Shown here piece by piece: positions 30,011 through 44,212 of a stretch of 64,000 bases of DNA. Location of the stretch: the NCBI GenBank assembly GCA_951406725.2, contig OX597815.1:143220001-143284000 (forward strand), in the 5' to 3' direction. Source of the DNA: Octopus vulgaris. Its lineage: Eukaryota. Position 1 is the stretch's first letter, and each line of letters starts with the position of its first letter. The position numbers and the translations under genes were made by a program. The notes below the pieces were generated by a model. It was not told the origin of the DNA. It did not search any database and saw only the letters and a list, made by a program, of their open reading frames with translations.

Positions 30011-30149
30011 AAGGCGCAGACGTGGCTGTGTGGCAAAAAGCTTCTTAACCACATGGTATTGGATTCAATCTCACTGCGTGACACCTTTGGCAATTGTCTT
30101 CTATAGCCTCGGGCCGAACAGAACCTTGTGAGTGGATTTGGTGTGTGTA

Positions 30150-30182
<33 letters not shown>

Positions 30183-30425
30183 GTGTGTGCGAGTGTCTTT
30201 GTATCTGTATGAGTGTGTGTATCTTTGTGTCTGTGTTTGTCCCCCACCACCACTCAACAACCGGTGCTGGTGTGTTTACGTCCCCGTGACCTAACGGTTT
30301 AGCAAAACAGAACAACAGAATAAGTATCAAGTTTAAAATGAAAATAAGTACTGGGATCGATTCGTTCAGCTAAAATTCTTCAAGGCAGTGCCCTAGCACG
30401 GCCGCAGTCTTGTGAGTGAAACAAA
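30011..30425 (+). mobile_element. tRNA-derived SINE, family A
   Basis: Homologous over its full length to 61676-62085. Confidence 0.82.
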
Positions 30426-30593
30426 TCACGATACGTCATTATAACTCGACGAACTTCCCTACGATACTCTCAGAGAACCCAAATATATATGTTAAGAAGG
30501 ATGCCGTTCCATTTGGACAGTATCTGTGTTGCCTGTTTTGATCCATGTGTTTCTTGCACTCGCTAGTATTGTTATTGTTGTTGTTGTTGTTGC

Positions 30594-30624
<31 letters not shown>

Positions 30625-31147
30625 GATGATGATGATGATGATGTTTCTTTTTTTTTTCCTTACGAAGAATGATGAGATGTGGGCGTGAGCAGAGTTTATA
30701 AGTTCTACATCACAGCGTTAGAGAAAGAGATGATGGATGATGATGATTATGATGACGACGATGATGACGACGACGACGACGACGACGAAGTTGACGGTGG
30801 TGGTGGTGGTGGTGGTATGTTGTTGTCGAGTGGGTAGTGATGGTGGTCGTAGTCGTGGCCATCGTGGTCGTCGTCGTCGTCGTCTTCGTGCAGCTGGTGT
30901 TAATGCTAGTAGTAGATGTAATGGTGCTTAGGATGCCGGTAACGATGGTGGTGTTGATATGGTTGATAACGATGCAGGTAACATATAGTATATTTCATCT
31001 TTTATGGCCCCTATGGAAATTTGCCATCATTCCACCATTCCAGTCTCGGATATATCTACGGGTTCGTCACTTGACACTAGCCATCATCATTACCATCATC
31101 ACCACCACTGCCACTACCACCGCAATCATCACCACCACCATCATCAT

Positions 31148-31204
<57 letters not shown>

Positions 31205-32439
31205 TATCATCATCATCATCACCATCATCACCACCACTGCCACTACACCACAATCATCATCATCATCATAATCATCATCATAATCATCATCATCATCATC
31301 ATCATTATCATCATCATTTCTGCCAAAGATGACTTGGCTTTCATCATTTCGGGGTCGATAAAGTAAATACCAGTCAAGTTCTGAGGTCGATGCAGACGGC
31401 TAACTTCTCCCTACAAATTTCAGGCCTTGTACCTATTGTAAAAAAGAAAACAGTATTATTATGATGCAAATTCCGCTATCAGTCTCGGTCAAGTGCTGTC
31501 ATTCTATGAGCGTTTTAGAAACGTTAGAATTGCTTGTGTGTTAGAAATCCTCTGACGTTGGAAATTCTATATTGGCAGCAAAGCCAACGCGATGTTAAAG
31601 AGATGTTCGCTGTAAGAGCGTCTCCATTGATCTTCAAATGTGTTTTGTGTTTTTGGTTTAAAAACCATTATTTTTCCCTTTTCAAGCTTTGGTCAGATCA
31701 CGATGACATAACAAGGATAGAGAGACAGGGAGAGAGGGAGAAAGAGAGAGAGATCATAACGGTAAAACTATATTTATTTCAATACTTGTCTGTCTATGTG
31801 TCTAGAATATATTTCATATCGTACAGGTCAGATGACGGAAATGAAGATCAGAGTTATAAATCCTAACATTTCGAAGATCTTGTATTCGTTTATCATCAAA
31901 GACTATGGAACTTCGCTTAATATTTCTTAAAAGAACTTTGGCACGACTCTGAATCAAATACTGTTTATGTTTTTTGTTTTGCTTTTGTTTTATTGTATTT
32001 CTAATGTTCGTGTAGTTGCTGTTGTTGGTGGTGGTGTTTTTGTTGTACTTTTATGTGGCTGAGCTGTTGTTGTTGTACCACTAATATTGTTGTAGCAGAA
32101 TTGCTTTCTAACATTTGTGATACTTTGGTTGCAGTTAATGTTAAGGTTGCGATATACGAATTAAATAATACACTGTGATGTGATTCGTTAAGAGGTGATG
32201 GTGGCTGGTGGTGGTGGTGACGGCAGCGGTGTATGCCTACGTATATGCAAATTCATATATATGCGTGTGTATACATCTGTGTGTGTGCGTGTGTGTGTAT
32301 GTGTGTGTGTGCATGTGTGTGTGTTTATGCATGTATGTATACATGTAAATCTCGTCGTCGTCATCAGCTTTCCTGTCTTTTAGGAGACAACGAAAATGTT
32401 CCCTTCTCCCTTGTTTTCCTTTTCTAACTCGCACCACTT

Positions 32440-32880
32440 CCGCTCTACGCCCAAAATATACCGACTCACTGTATGCAACGTCCATTTATGCCAATTCAAA
32501 AGCGATGTGACAGCCAGTCCTTATTGCAGTCACCACAGATGAGAGCTGATTCTTCGTGTAAAGTTGATAGCTTTTACTTCTGTCTTTTTAATGCCAGAAA
32601 TTGGTTTCGATCGCTGTCCGTTTTAGTCACTCCTTCTTTAACAGTATATTTCCAAAAGAAATGGCTCCATGATATGTTCTCTTGCGACTATTTTATTGTG
32701 TGTGCTTAAGGGGAAAGCGCTTTTGCACGTGTCTTTATATCACAGGTAACGACGGTCTCTTTGGACGCGATCTGCACTCAAGCATCCTTAGGGATGCGAT
32801 CACCATCCATCCGCTGCTCATGACCAGGCTGTTCCAATTAATGGCTTCAGACTCAACGTTAGATAACTTCGGATAATTAC
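32440..32880 (-). mobile_element. RTE-clade LINE 3' end, degenerate
   Basis: Minus-strand PGHEQRMDGDRIPKD... and LICGDCNKD resemble the RTE post-RT region GHVxRMxDxRIPK and its C-terminal zinc finger. Confidence 0.65.
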
Positions 32881-34204
32881 AGTCAATCGTATTTAAAAAC
32901 ATGTCTATTAATGCTAGGATTTCTGTGTGAAACGATATATATTAACAGATATATAACCTATCTTCAAAGCTGTTTTGAAGAGATAAAGTTAATATGATGG
33001 CGAGCACTTACGAATTTACTTGGAATTAGAATAACATTAACTTAGATAATCTGGCGGCAAAGTAGATAATCCAACATAGACGGATTATCCAATTTGCCGG
33101 ATTAACTGAAAATAATCCGTAGTGTATCTACTCGCGCGAGCGCGTGTGTATGTGTATAATATATATGTGTATATCTTTTACTCTTTTACTTTTACCTTTT
33201 ACTTGTTTCAGTCATTAGACTGCGGCCATGTTGGGGTACCATATATATATATATATATAAGACATTAACTGTATAAAAGTCAATACGAAGTCTACTCCAT
33301 CCAATGAGAGTTCAGTATTACTAAATGTTTCAACTACATGTACTTATTGCGCTACTAATATGTTCACGTACATGCGTAGGTTCATCAGGCACCAATCAAA
33401 ACCCTCGGTCATCTTGACTCAAAAAGAAAAATCTCACAGAACACTCTTCACGTCTGTACTCAACGCGTCACTGCGAGCGAATAGCACGACCTAGAGACAC
33501 GAAAATTTCTGAGCATGTTCAGGAAGGACTCGGCCACCTAATACCCAAGAGGATTTTGCTCGCGCATTATTATTTTGTGCAAAAAAATAATCAAGGTCAA
33601 ATATTTTTTGACTACACCTCGTATATGTATAGATTTTGATTCTATGACAGCTCCTCAATAGGGCAATCAAGACATCGCTTTGCTAAAACCAACAAGAAGG
33701 ACATCTTTGACTAATTTCCCAACTATTCTGAACCTTGTCTTTCAAAGCCAGCTTCCCCTCCAATTCATATTATCTTCCATCACAGAACATGACAGTTTCT
33801 TAATTGCACATTAACATAATTATGTCAGCACAACTGGCGAAATACAGCTTAATTATACAAGAGGTATTCCATATTAATGGTTGTCTAAGCCGAGATATGG
33901 AATTAATTTAATCAAAGACAGCAAGATTTAAATATTAAACAGGACTATTTCTCTTCTTCCTCATTTCCTCAACTGTATTTTGCTAATCTGCATTTTTGCT
34001 TGTTTGTTTGTTTGTTTTGGTGGCGGGGGCACCTTATCTTGAAACAGGAAGAAAATAATAACAACGACAATATCAACAATAACAAGTAAAATTATATTTC
34101 TGTTTAGTTCGTCACAAAAACAGCAAACATGACAGCGTTAAAAACTGACATAATATACAATTCAGTGCAGGCTTATACGCTATGCAAACATTCCCTGCGA
34201 TGTG

Positions 34205-34237
<33 letters not shown>

Positions 34238-34346
34238 CCTTTCTGCTGAAGGCACAAGGCCTTAAATTTTGGGGGAGTGAGTAAGTCGATTATCGACCGC
34301 AAAAAGATGGAAGGCAAAGTCGACCTCGGCGGGATTTGATAATAAC

Positions 34347-34412
<66 letters not shown>

Positions 34413-35007
34413 CCCTTCTTTATTGGCCTCAAGGACCGAACACAAAACAAATAGGGACAATACAACACAAGGGACGAGTGGTGGGGTTGGCACAATGTCG
34501 TGTGTAAAATAAATAACAAATAACAATAAAATTAAAGAATAAAAATTCTCCAAATTGGGGCGGGTTCTTCACAGAGACAACCGAAGAACCTTACACATCC
34601 TGGTTACCCCGACCACTAGGGGCACCTCAGCAGGTGCCTCTCTCCTTCTCAACTCCTCCAGTTTACAAGCGAATGTTCAGAGTAGGTTCATTCATACGAG
34701 CTATCCTCGCTACATTCACCCCACCTTTCAACAAAAATACTGAGGGGCAGTACTTCCCACTCCACCCTCGCTTTTTTTTCCAAGTAAAATAATAAAGGTC
34801 TTGTTGCAATACGAGGCAGTGATTCTCAAGTCTTGTAATCTTAATTGATTTTGGAAATGTTATCATGTGCATGTTTTGTCTTGGTGTAAAAGGTACAGCA
34901 AATATTCTGCTCAGTACCACAGAACTGTTTGTAAGTTGTTCGACCTTAACGAATTGAGCAGTGCACCTAGAGTAATTCGAAGAAGGAGGGAGGATACGGG
35001 AGGAGAA

Positions 35008-35087
<80 letters not shown>

Positions 35088-36039
35088 TGGTTATTATTAT
35101 TACGATGGCGATCGTTTGGCAGAATCGATACAACTTCAGATGAAATATCCTGAATTATTTAATTAAGTCTCTTAATGTTTTGATTTCAAATCCTGTTGAG
35201 GTCATTTTTGTTTTCCATTTTCGCACATTTGATAAAATAATGATACTGTCAAGTATAAAATGAATGCCTTCTCAGTTTGAAATTGTAGCTATGTGATTAC
35301 TACGTAAGAATTAATTTCTGTTATAATTGTTTATTCAGAAGTTGAAGAGCAGCGCTTCATGGTCCCTTTCAGGAGTCCGTGAAACTGGCAGTAGTCCGAT
35401 TATTTGATCGAATTGTTTACAACAGGCTAGACTCCACTAAAGGCATCCAAGGACCGAGTAGAAATGTTAAACTGCAGGAAAAAATTAACTCTGCCAACCA
35501 GGAACATGAAGGATCAATCTGACAAGCTACCACATTGATTCAGTCTGCTATATTTCACTCACAGGGTTTGGGGTGATCAGAGGCTATGGTAGAAGGTACT
35601 TGCCTAAGATGCTATGCAATGGGGACTTCTTAACTACACAAGAAGAGTGAGTTTATTAGGTGAGTGAGCTGACAGAATCGGTAGGGTACTGGAAATTTGC
35701 TTTGTGGCGTTAATTCCGGCTCTTTATTCCTAAGTTCAAATAGCACTGGATTTAACTCCGCCTTTCACCCCAGTGCGGCGATTAAATAAAGTACCAGTCA
35801 ATAAAGTACCAGTTGGTGATATAGACCAACTCTGCCGCCCTTATCAAAGATTGCTGCTTTTGTGCTTAAATAAGAGACTATTTTATGATTACTGAGAAAT
35901 CAGAATAAGGTTTTAAAATGTGTAGTCTTTGAGGGTTTCTGGAAGCACAGTCAGATTCTCTTATTGCTCTGTTCTAACCCTGATCCAGCAGACATATGAC
36001 TAAAACCATTCTAGCAGTATCCATCCCATACTTTTGTGT

Positions 36040-36083
<44 letters not shown>

Positions 36084-36835
36084 ACAAGAGCTGGACTTCA
36101 CCAAATTGTCTGTAAAGATTGGAAACATCCTGCTCGATGAGTGTTAGCGGGAGGGTTGTAGTGTCTTACAAACTCACCACAGTTGTTATTGTTACTGCTG
36201 CTTTGTTGTAATTGTTGTTTGAGTCAGCAGACCTAACATTCTCTCAGACTACATTATGTAATATGTTCTTCTGTACTTTAATGACTGCGGAGTGAGATTT
36301 GAGGGAGATTTTACTGATATTTCTAGTACTTTGAGCGGCATCGTATAGACACCCTCATAGGAACTGAGACTGTAGATGTAATAGACAAAAAGTAGACGCT
36401 ATGAAAAGCTTTCTACATGCTCAGACGGTCCCAACTCTTTAAAAGGATTCCTCAAATGTAACCAATATCACTTGAACAAATGCAGATCATCTAAGTCGCA
36501 TGTAAATTGAATATCCATGAGGTTAGAAAATAGAGTAGTGAAAGCTTTCTACATTTTTGGTGTTACACAAACCCGAAGAATTTTATCTGAATGAGATTAT
36601 TTGCATATTTATTCGTATCACGTCTGGGCAGGTTCAAATGCAAAATACGCTCGTTGTTGTAATGGATATCTCAGGAGATCTCACTGTACACGGTGCAGAC
36701 AACACTAAATAATCAATTTTAATATAGAACTTTTTTACTTGAGGAGGACAGAACTAAATGTATCTTCTTCATATAGTGTCTGAATTCCAAGTAGACACGT
36801 GAGCCAGTCATCATCCTTGATCATCCTCTAACCGG

Positions 36836-36870
<35 letters not shown>

Positions 36871-36872
<2 letters not shown>

Positions 36873-37080
36873 CGGGAAGCTTTATGAAAATAAACAAAAG
36901 ACGAAGGCAGGTTTACGGAAATAAACAAAAGACGAAGGCAGGTGGAATACAAACAAACAATTGTATTAGTATGGCGCTCAGGAAATATAAATAAAACAAG
37001 TCTTTAACGTTTCGAGCCTACGCTCTTCAACAGAAAGATACACAGAGAAAAAACACAGAAAGAAGGAGAGAAAAAAAATA
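36871..37080 (-). mobile_element. PLE-type terminal repeat with HHR-like motif (family also at 43925-44095(+) and partially at 61430-61520(-))
   Basis: tcttt-CTGTTGA-a-gagc/gctc-GAAAC-GTT-aaaga at 37001-37038; shared tail ccacctgccttcgtcttttgtttatttt; ends in (TA)n. Confidence 0.65.
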
Positions 37081-38718
37081 TATGCGTGCAGAAGCTAGCG
37101 AATCAACATGGCGATCTGATTTCGGCCAGAAGTCAAAGATCAAACATGAGACGCAAGAGCGAAATTAGGGGGTACATACATATTTAAACCAATAAGCGAT
37201 TATTTATAATCTTAAATGTTATAACAGTTTAAATAAAACAAGAGGCTAATGTGTGCATCACTTTATTGATGTACATCTGTCTAATGACTGTGTCTTGTTT
37301 CAGAAAGTATCTAGTAAAATTTCAGTAATGCCACTTTGGGCTTTATGGAATGAGTTCAAACGCATGGTTTTATTTGCAAATACATATTCCTGCCCTCTTT
37401 GCAAGCAGCACGCATGCGTCTGTTGACGTTACAGTATCTGAAGGGGTTCCTAACATGTCCTCCAGTGTGGATCTTTTTGCCAATAATGTATCTTCTCCGG
37501 TTTGTCTCCGTCCTTGGATTCTTGGATTGTGTTGGTTGATGATGGCGTAACAATAGAATGTGATGACAGAAGCAAAACGAGGCACTTCACTGCCAGAATA
37601 TGAGTCGATTAAACAATGAATTTTACCTTCTATTGAGGATTAATGAAAGGAATTGGCAGTGTTCCCTTTAGATGTATTCTGGACATCGACAATGATACAT
37701 TGATGTAGCATGTTCGGGTGAACTTTCAGATTGAGCATTATAGGAAATAACCGGATATCCTCAGTCCATAGATTGTCAATAGTATTAGGGGTTATATCAG
37801 CTGATAGCAGCACGGGCACAGACGTACAAACAACAGAGAATGCCTAACATGCAGTGGAGTCTGCGATATTGATCTACATGAGATCAAGTGTCCAGGATGT
37901 TTTAGTTGTGTCGCGTGAGAACAACCGAGTCGTGCAGCGGAGCCACCAAAACGAATATTTTGCTGCTTTGTTTCAACAAGTGCTTATAAATCATTTGACA
38001 ATACAAAAGCGGCAGAGTTGTCATTTGATCCATGTCAGATCTGCTCGAACAGATTCGTTGATGAAAGGCATTGTGTTCATGGCCATCCAGTTTCTTAACA
38101 TGTATCAAATGTGTTTTTTTTTTACTTCTTTAAGACAGTATGACGTGCTTTGAGACAAATTTGGCTACTAATTTTAGCAAGTCGAGTAACCACAACAAGG
38201 CTTCCGTGATGGGTGAGGTTGAAAGATATGTGATTATTTTATTTTTTTTGGATTTTTGTTGTAGTTTTTGTTTTGTTTTCCATTCCCACCATATCTTCAT
38301 TCTCCTATATCACTTAAAGTGAGATATGAGAAAGATGGTGGAGCAAAGCTGTGAAATAATTGAGTGATATGTGTGATAAGGTAGATTATAAGAGTCAGAC
38401 CCAAACATCAAACATCAAACACAACAACAACAGCAACAGCAACAGACAAATATTAAGTTAAACACAATATATCTTACTGATTAAAATATGAGTTCTAACC
38501 GACATTGATATAACAGTAACAGATTAATTTTCGTATTATTTATTTCATTCTTGTAGAATTTCTTGGATTCAATCAAGGGTTTGAATTCTTAAAATATTGG
38601 TTCCATGTTTGATACAGATGTTTGACATTAATGGATTAATTCTCCTTCTTATTTCTTTCTCATTCTTTCTCATTGCTTTCATTTATTTTAACACGTAATC
38701 TCTCTCTCTCTCTCTCTT

Positions 38719-38776
<58 letters not shown>

Positions 38777-39088
38777 TCTTTCTCATCACTTTTATTTATT
38801 TTAACACGTACTCTCTCTCTTTCTTTCTCTTTCTCTCTCTCTCTATCTCTCTCTCTCTTTCTCATCACTATCATTTATTTTAACACTGCTCTCTCCCTTT
38901 CTGCTTCTCTGCTTCTCTTTTATCCTCTTTATCCCTCTCTCTCTCTCTTTCTTTCTAACTCTCTCCTTGCCTCTCTGTCTTTCTCTAACTTTCTCTCCCC
39001 CACCTATCTCTCTCTCTCTTTCTCTCTCCTTGCCTCTCTCTTCCTCTCTTTTCCTCTCTCTCTCCCACCATCTTTCTCTCTCTCTTTC

Positions 39089-39132
<44 letters not shown>

Positions 39133-39389
39133 ACGCTTCCCCCTTGTATCTCATCGAAGATCAGATGACGTCCTTTTTCACTTTTGCCCCAACTTGCTAA
39201 TGGAAATAACAGCCAAACTTTCATCAAACTTTCACCTTCCAAATATTAGTCGAACCGAGGTTAGAGAAAATATCATTTGGTCAAATGCCACACCGTTGGA
39301 TCAAGCCTGAGACCTCGTAATTGCGAAGCGAATTTCTTAACTAGTCAGCCATACTGCACCTGGATGCATGATGTTTGTATGCATGTCTG

Positions 39390-39960
39390 TACGCGAAGGG
39401 GTACCCTAAAGAAGCCGAAATTTTGCAATATCATTTTATTCATTTAGTTTTACATGTGTATAATTTTATCGTCTTCAAAGAATTCTCCATTTGACGCAAT
39501 GCATCGGTCCCGACACGCTTTCCGCTGTGCGAAGCAATTCTGGAACTCTTGTGATGCCTTTTTACGCCTCCGTCGTATTTTTCTTTTCTTCCCTTCTTCC
39601 ACATCTGCAAAACGTTTTCCTTCAAGGAGCTTTTTTTCATTCGGTGGGAACAAAAAAAAGTCGCAGGGAGCTTGAGGATGGATAAGCGGGCTCATAACAT
39701 TTTTGGTCAAAAACTGTCTTACACTCAAGGTAGTGTGCGCAAGCGCATTGTCATGATGAGACCACTACTCTCCACTTTACCACTAGTCGGGACGTTTTCG
39801 TCTCGCCGTGTCTCACAAACGCTTCAGAACTGCCAAGTAAAATGTCTGGTTAACAGCTTGACCAAGAGGAACAAATTCTGTGTGGACAATTCCTTTCGCA
39901 TCAATGGAACAAATCAGCATCGTCTTGATATTGGACTTCACTTGATGCACTTTGGGATGG
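39390..39960 (-). mobile_element. Mariner-family DNA transposon fragment
   Basis: APCDFFLFP..LEGKRFADVEE..FQNCF..RDRCIASNGEFFE is the mariner transposase C-terminus; TIR-like tacgcgaaggggtaccc at 39390. Confidence 0.85.
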
Positions 39961-40109
39961 GGGTCGTGGTGACATTGAATGATTTCATATGCCCGTCTCT
40001 CAACATCTCCCCTTCTCTTCTTCTCTCCTTCTCTCTTTCTGTCTATCTACCTATCTATCAATTTCCTACTTTTTCATATTTTATAAGAGGAAATTCTGTT
40101 TCTAGTGTA

Positions 40110-40203
40110 GGGCATATGGCGTAGTGGTTAAGAGCGCGGGCTACTAATTCCAAGATTCCAAGTTCGATTCCAGGCAGTAACCTGAATAATAATAATAATG
40201 ATG

Positions 40204-40283
<80 letters not shown>

Positions 40284-40971
40284 CTCAACAGGCATGATAG
40301 AGCTGTACAATATATTCACTGGGTAATCTGCAAAAACCTGGATTTGCCCCATGAAAAAAACTGGTGGGAACACAAACCACCTCCAGTGCTTGAAAATGAC
40401 CACATCTCACTCCTCTGGAACTTCCCCATTCAAACTGACAAAAAGATAGATGCAAATCGGCCAGACATCATATTGAAAGACTTCAAACAAAGAACATGCC
40501 TCCTCATTGATATGACTGTCCCAATCGATATAAACGTATCTGTCAAGACCTACCAAAAACTGAGCAAATATAAAGATCTTGAAATAGAAATCAGCAAAAT
40601 GTGGAAGCTGAAGACTAAAACAATACCTGTTGTCATAGGTGTCCTGGGAATGATAGCAAAAGGGGGGGGCTGATCGCTACCTAACTCAGATACCAGGAAA
40701 CCCCAAAATGACAGAAATTCAAAGGATAGTGCTCATGGGAACTGCTCATATCCTACGCAAAATACTTTCTATGTAATCTCAAGTTTTAAAACAAACATAA
40801 TTTCCGTTTTTTTTTGGGGGGGGGTAACATTCACTAGTACAACACTAAATACAAAACCAAATATATGGCACACTAGGCATAACAACATCACGAACTTCCA
40901 ACCTGTTGTCTCTTGTGGTCTCTGGGTGAGACTTGGAGCCAACTTGTACAAATATAAAGCAAAAGTCAAAC

Positions 40972-41024
<53 letters not shown>

Positions 41025-41160
41025 TCAAAAAATACCTTAGAAATGAGAACCCAGGTTCGAAATTTCCCCAAGACACTTGATGAAGGCTGGAGGGTGTATC
41101 AGCCGAAACAAACAAGATGAGGACAAATATCCGTCAAATGTAATAATGTAAATAATGTAA
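40110..41160 (+). mobile_element. tRNA-head/(AAT)n/hammerhead-tail SINE-like element with nested R4/Dong fragment
   Basis: A-box TGGCGTAGTGG (40117), B-box GTTCGATTC (40162), (AAT)n, insert, (AAT)n, tail with gacac-TTGATGA-a-ggctg/cagcc-GAAAC (41072-41109). A ~115-bp direct repeat lies at 39997-40112 and 41219-41339. Confidence 0.72.
40284..40972 (+). mobile_element. 5'-truncated R4/Dong-clade LINE (REL endonuclease + 3' UTR) in (AAT)n
   Basis: RHDRAVQYIHWVICK..WWEHKP..LWNFPIQTDKKIDANRPDIILKD..IDMTVP..KLSKYKDLEIEISKMW..PVVIGVLG; (AAT)n on both sides. Confidence 0.9.
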
Positions 41161-42189
41161 AAACTTACATATTAGCAAAAATTACATATTAGACTAATCT
41201 ATATATAACATAAATTTACTCTCAACATCTCCCCTTCTTCTCTCCTTCTCACTTTCTATCTATCTACCTATCTATCAATTTCCTACTTTTTCATATTTTA
41301 TAAAAGGAAATTCTGTTTTCAGATGTTTCTAGTGTAGGGGGTATATATATCGAAAGAACTAAGTTCAATAAATTTCATTAAAATAGTTAAGGCTACAGCT
41401 TTGTACAAAGAGGATTTTAAAGTTTTGTAGGCAGGGCCGTTCTTTATTTCACATACTAAATATGGATATCTTTATATCTTTTATCGTTAGATCTAAAGTT
41501 TAAATTTATCATCAGTTTATCTTTCTAATTCATATTCCCGTTTGGTCAGACTGACATTGCTGTGTTTAACTTTATTGATTTACTATATCCTCTCGTCTTT
41601 TCTGCAATATTCTTCCATTTTCTTGGGATTTCATTTAATTTCTGTTTTTCAAATATTCCGAAAGCAAGATGGAAGGTGCGTCTCATTTGATTGATAATTT
41701 ATTCAAATTCTATTCTCATTTCTCCCTGAAGTAGTATATTTTTATCTCTCAGTCTCAACAAATAGTTGAAATAGCCTATTGAGTCTTATTTGGGGTTTAT
41801 CTTATTACTTTATGGCCAACAACAAGTATTTCAATTATGATTCGTATCTGAAAACTCGTTTATTATCGTCAAATGATAGTAAAAATACGTCTTCGAAGAT
41901 ATATCATGTATCAAACCAGTATATGTTTCTATCTCTCAGAAGACATCGTTCCATCTCACACAGAATTTCCAAAGAATAAAATTATGCCTACAGCATCATA
42001 AATTAAATTTTAGTTAATTAACGTTTCTCGGTTCAACATAGTAAATATGTTAGCGCGTAGTCACCGCTATTTATTCAAGCAGAGCATAATTTTTTGTATA
42101 TTACCTTATTTCAGTGTAATATCACAACTTAGTGTTGTTCGCATATATAAGTGTTTCCAGTAATGAGAAGGGCGCGTAATCCTTCACAG

Positions 42190-42582
42190 CACAGCTTGAC
42201 TTATCTGCGACTGATCCAATGGCAAGGAACAGATCCAGGAAGAGTGAGGTCAGGGAGAAGATGCAGCGAACTGTAGCTTCCACTGTATGTAGTGCAACCC
42301 CTGGCTGTTAGTTGCAAGGCATGGAGGTCCGTGTATGATGCTGGGTTGGAGCGATTTGAAACCAAACGCAAGAGGCTGCATGAAAGAGGAGACGTCGTCA
42401 TCAATCGCTAGCGGGTGTTGTTCGGAGTCATTTTCAGTGCTCTCATTACCAGGGGATCTGGCAATCGCGTATTGGTGTTGTTGGCCACGTCCGCTCCCAT
42501 GAGAAACAATGTGTGCTGGAGACAGACGAGGATGAATGCCCTGGATCAACTATGATGGGATATCATAAGCAAGCAAGCAAGC
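42190..42582 (+). mobile_element. RTE-clade LINE 3' end, degenerate
   Basis: AWRSVYDAGLERFETKRKR... and QCSHYQGIWQSRIGVVGHVRSH (RTE-type SRIGL..H.R.H zinc finger); (AAGC)n tail. Confidence 0.65.
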
Positions 42583-42585
42583 AAT

Positions 42586-42620
<35 letters not shown>

Positions 42621-42958
42621 AAGGTGCATCGCTCAGTGGTTAAAGCGTCGGGCTCACAATCACGAGGTAGTAAGTTTTATTTCGAGACCGGGCTATGTGT
42701 TGTGTTCTTGAGCAAGAAACTTTATTTCATGTTGATCCGGTTCACTCAGCTGTAGAAATGAGTTGCGACGTCACTGGGGCCAAGCTGTATCTGTCTTTCC
42801 TTTCCTTTGGATAACATCGGTGGCGTGGAGAGGGGAGGCTGGTATGCATGGGCAAATGCTGGCCTTCCACAAACAACCTTACCCGGACTTGTGCCTTGGA
42901 GAGGAACTTTCTAGATGCAATTCCATGGTCATTCATAACTGAAGGGGGGGGCCTTTAC

Positions 42959-43171
<213 letters not shown>

Positions 43172-44100
43172 GCACATATGCGTATGTAAGTAAATACACA
43201 CGCGTATATACACATACAAGGATACAGATACGTACCCTAAACAAGAAGAGGGGGGACATATAGACAGGCAGACAGAATAAAATCCCAAGTAAAATGAAAA
43301 AAAAAATGGTATGATTAGGATATAACACACAAATAATAATATAGAGATTTAACCAAGCTAAATACGCGGTTGTAAAAGCGCCAGACAATAAAATAAAACG
43401 AAACGATAACAATTTAGCAGTGTGTACAATGAAAATTCATTACGTCAACTGGAAAGATATGGAAGAGCTAATGTTTTGGTTATCAAAGTGAAAGAATTAA
43501 ATAAGGAAAATAGATATATATATACATACAAACATGTATATAAATATATGAATATAAATATATATGTATACACACACACATACACACACACACACACATG
43601 CACACACATATATATAAATATATATTCGAATATACGCCAACGCACGAAACTTTCGGACCCTAAGTCACTCTCTTACTTCTACTAAATATTGACAAAATAT
43701 ACATATACTCATATTTTAGAATTCTATTTTGAGTTCTATCTTTCCTGTTTTCTCCGACATACCTGTGTGTGTGTGTATGTGTGTGTGCGCGTGCGCGTGT
43801 ATGTATGTATGTATGTATGTATGCATGTATATATACACACACACATATATATGTGTGTGTGTGCGTGCGTGTGTGTGTGTGTGTGTGTATGTATGTGTCA
43901 TGATAGATCGCTAGCGACTGCACATTCTTTATTTTCTCTCCTTGTCTCTTTCTGTGTTCTTTTCTGTGGAAGAGCGTAGGCTCGAAACGTTAAAGACGTT
44001 TTCATTTCACGAGCTTTATACTAATATATCTGTTTGTTGTCTACACCACCTATCTTCGTCTTTTTGTTGGTTTTTTTTTTTTGTGAATTCTCCGTATATA

Positions 44101-44212
<112 letters not shown>

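Noticed and set aside
33380-33740. Possible second decayed GIY-YIG tail (TKISEHV)
   Set aside because: Single weak motif with multiple stops.
37300-38010. Possible Merlin/IS1595-like transposase remnant (CPLCK, TGTDVQTTENA*HAV)
   Set aside because: Only faint motif resemblance across many stops; cannot be supported without a profile search.
40110-40185. Possible tRNA gene
   Set aside because: A and B boxes are present but the acceptor and anticodon stems pair poorly and it runs into (AAT)n; it is a SINE head.
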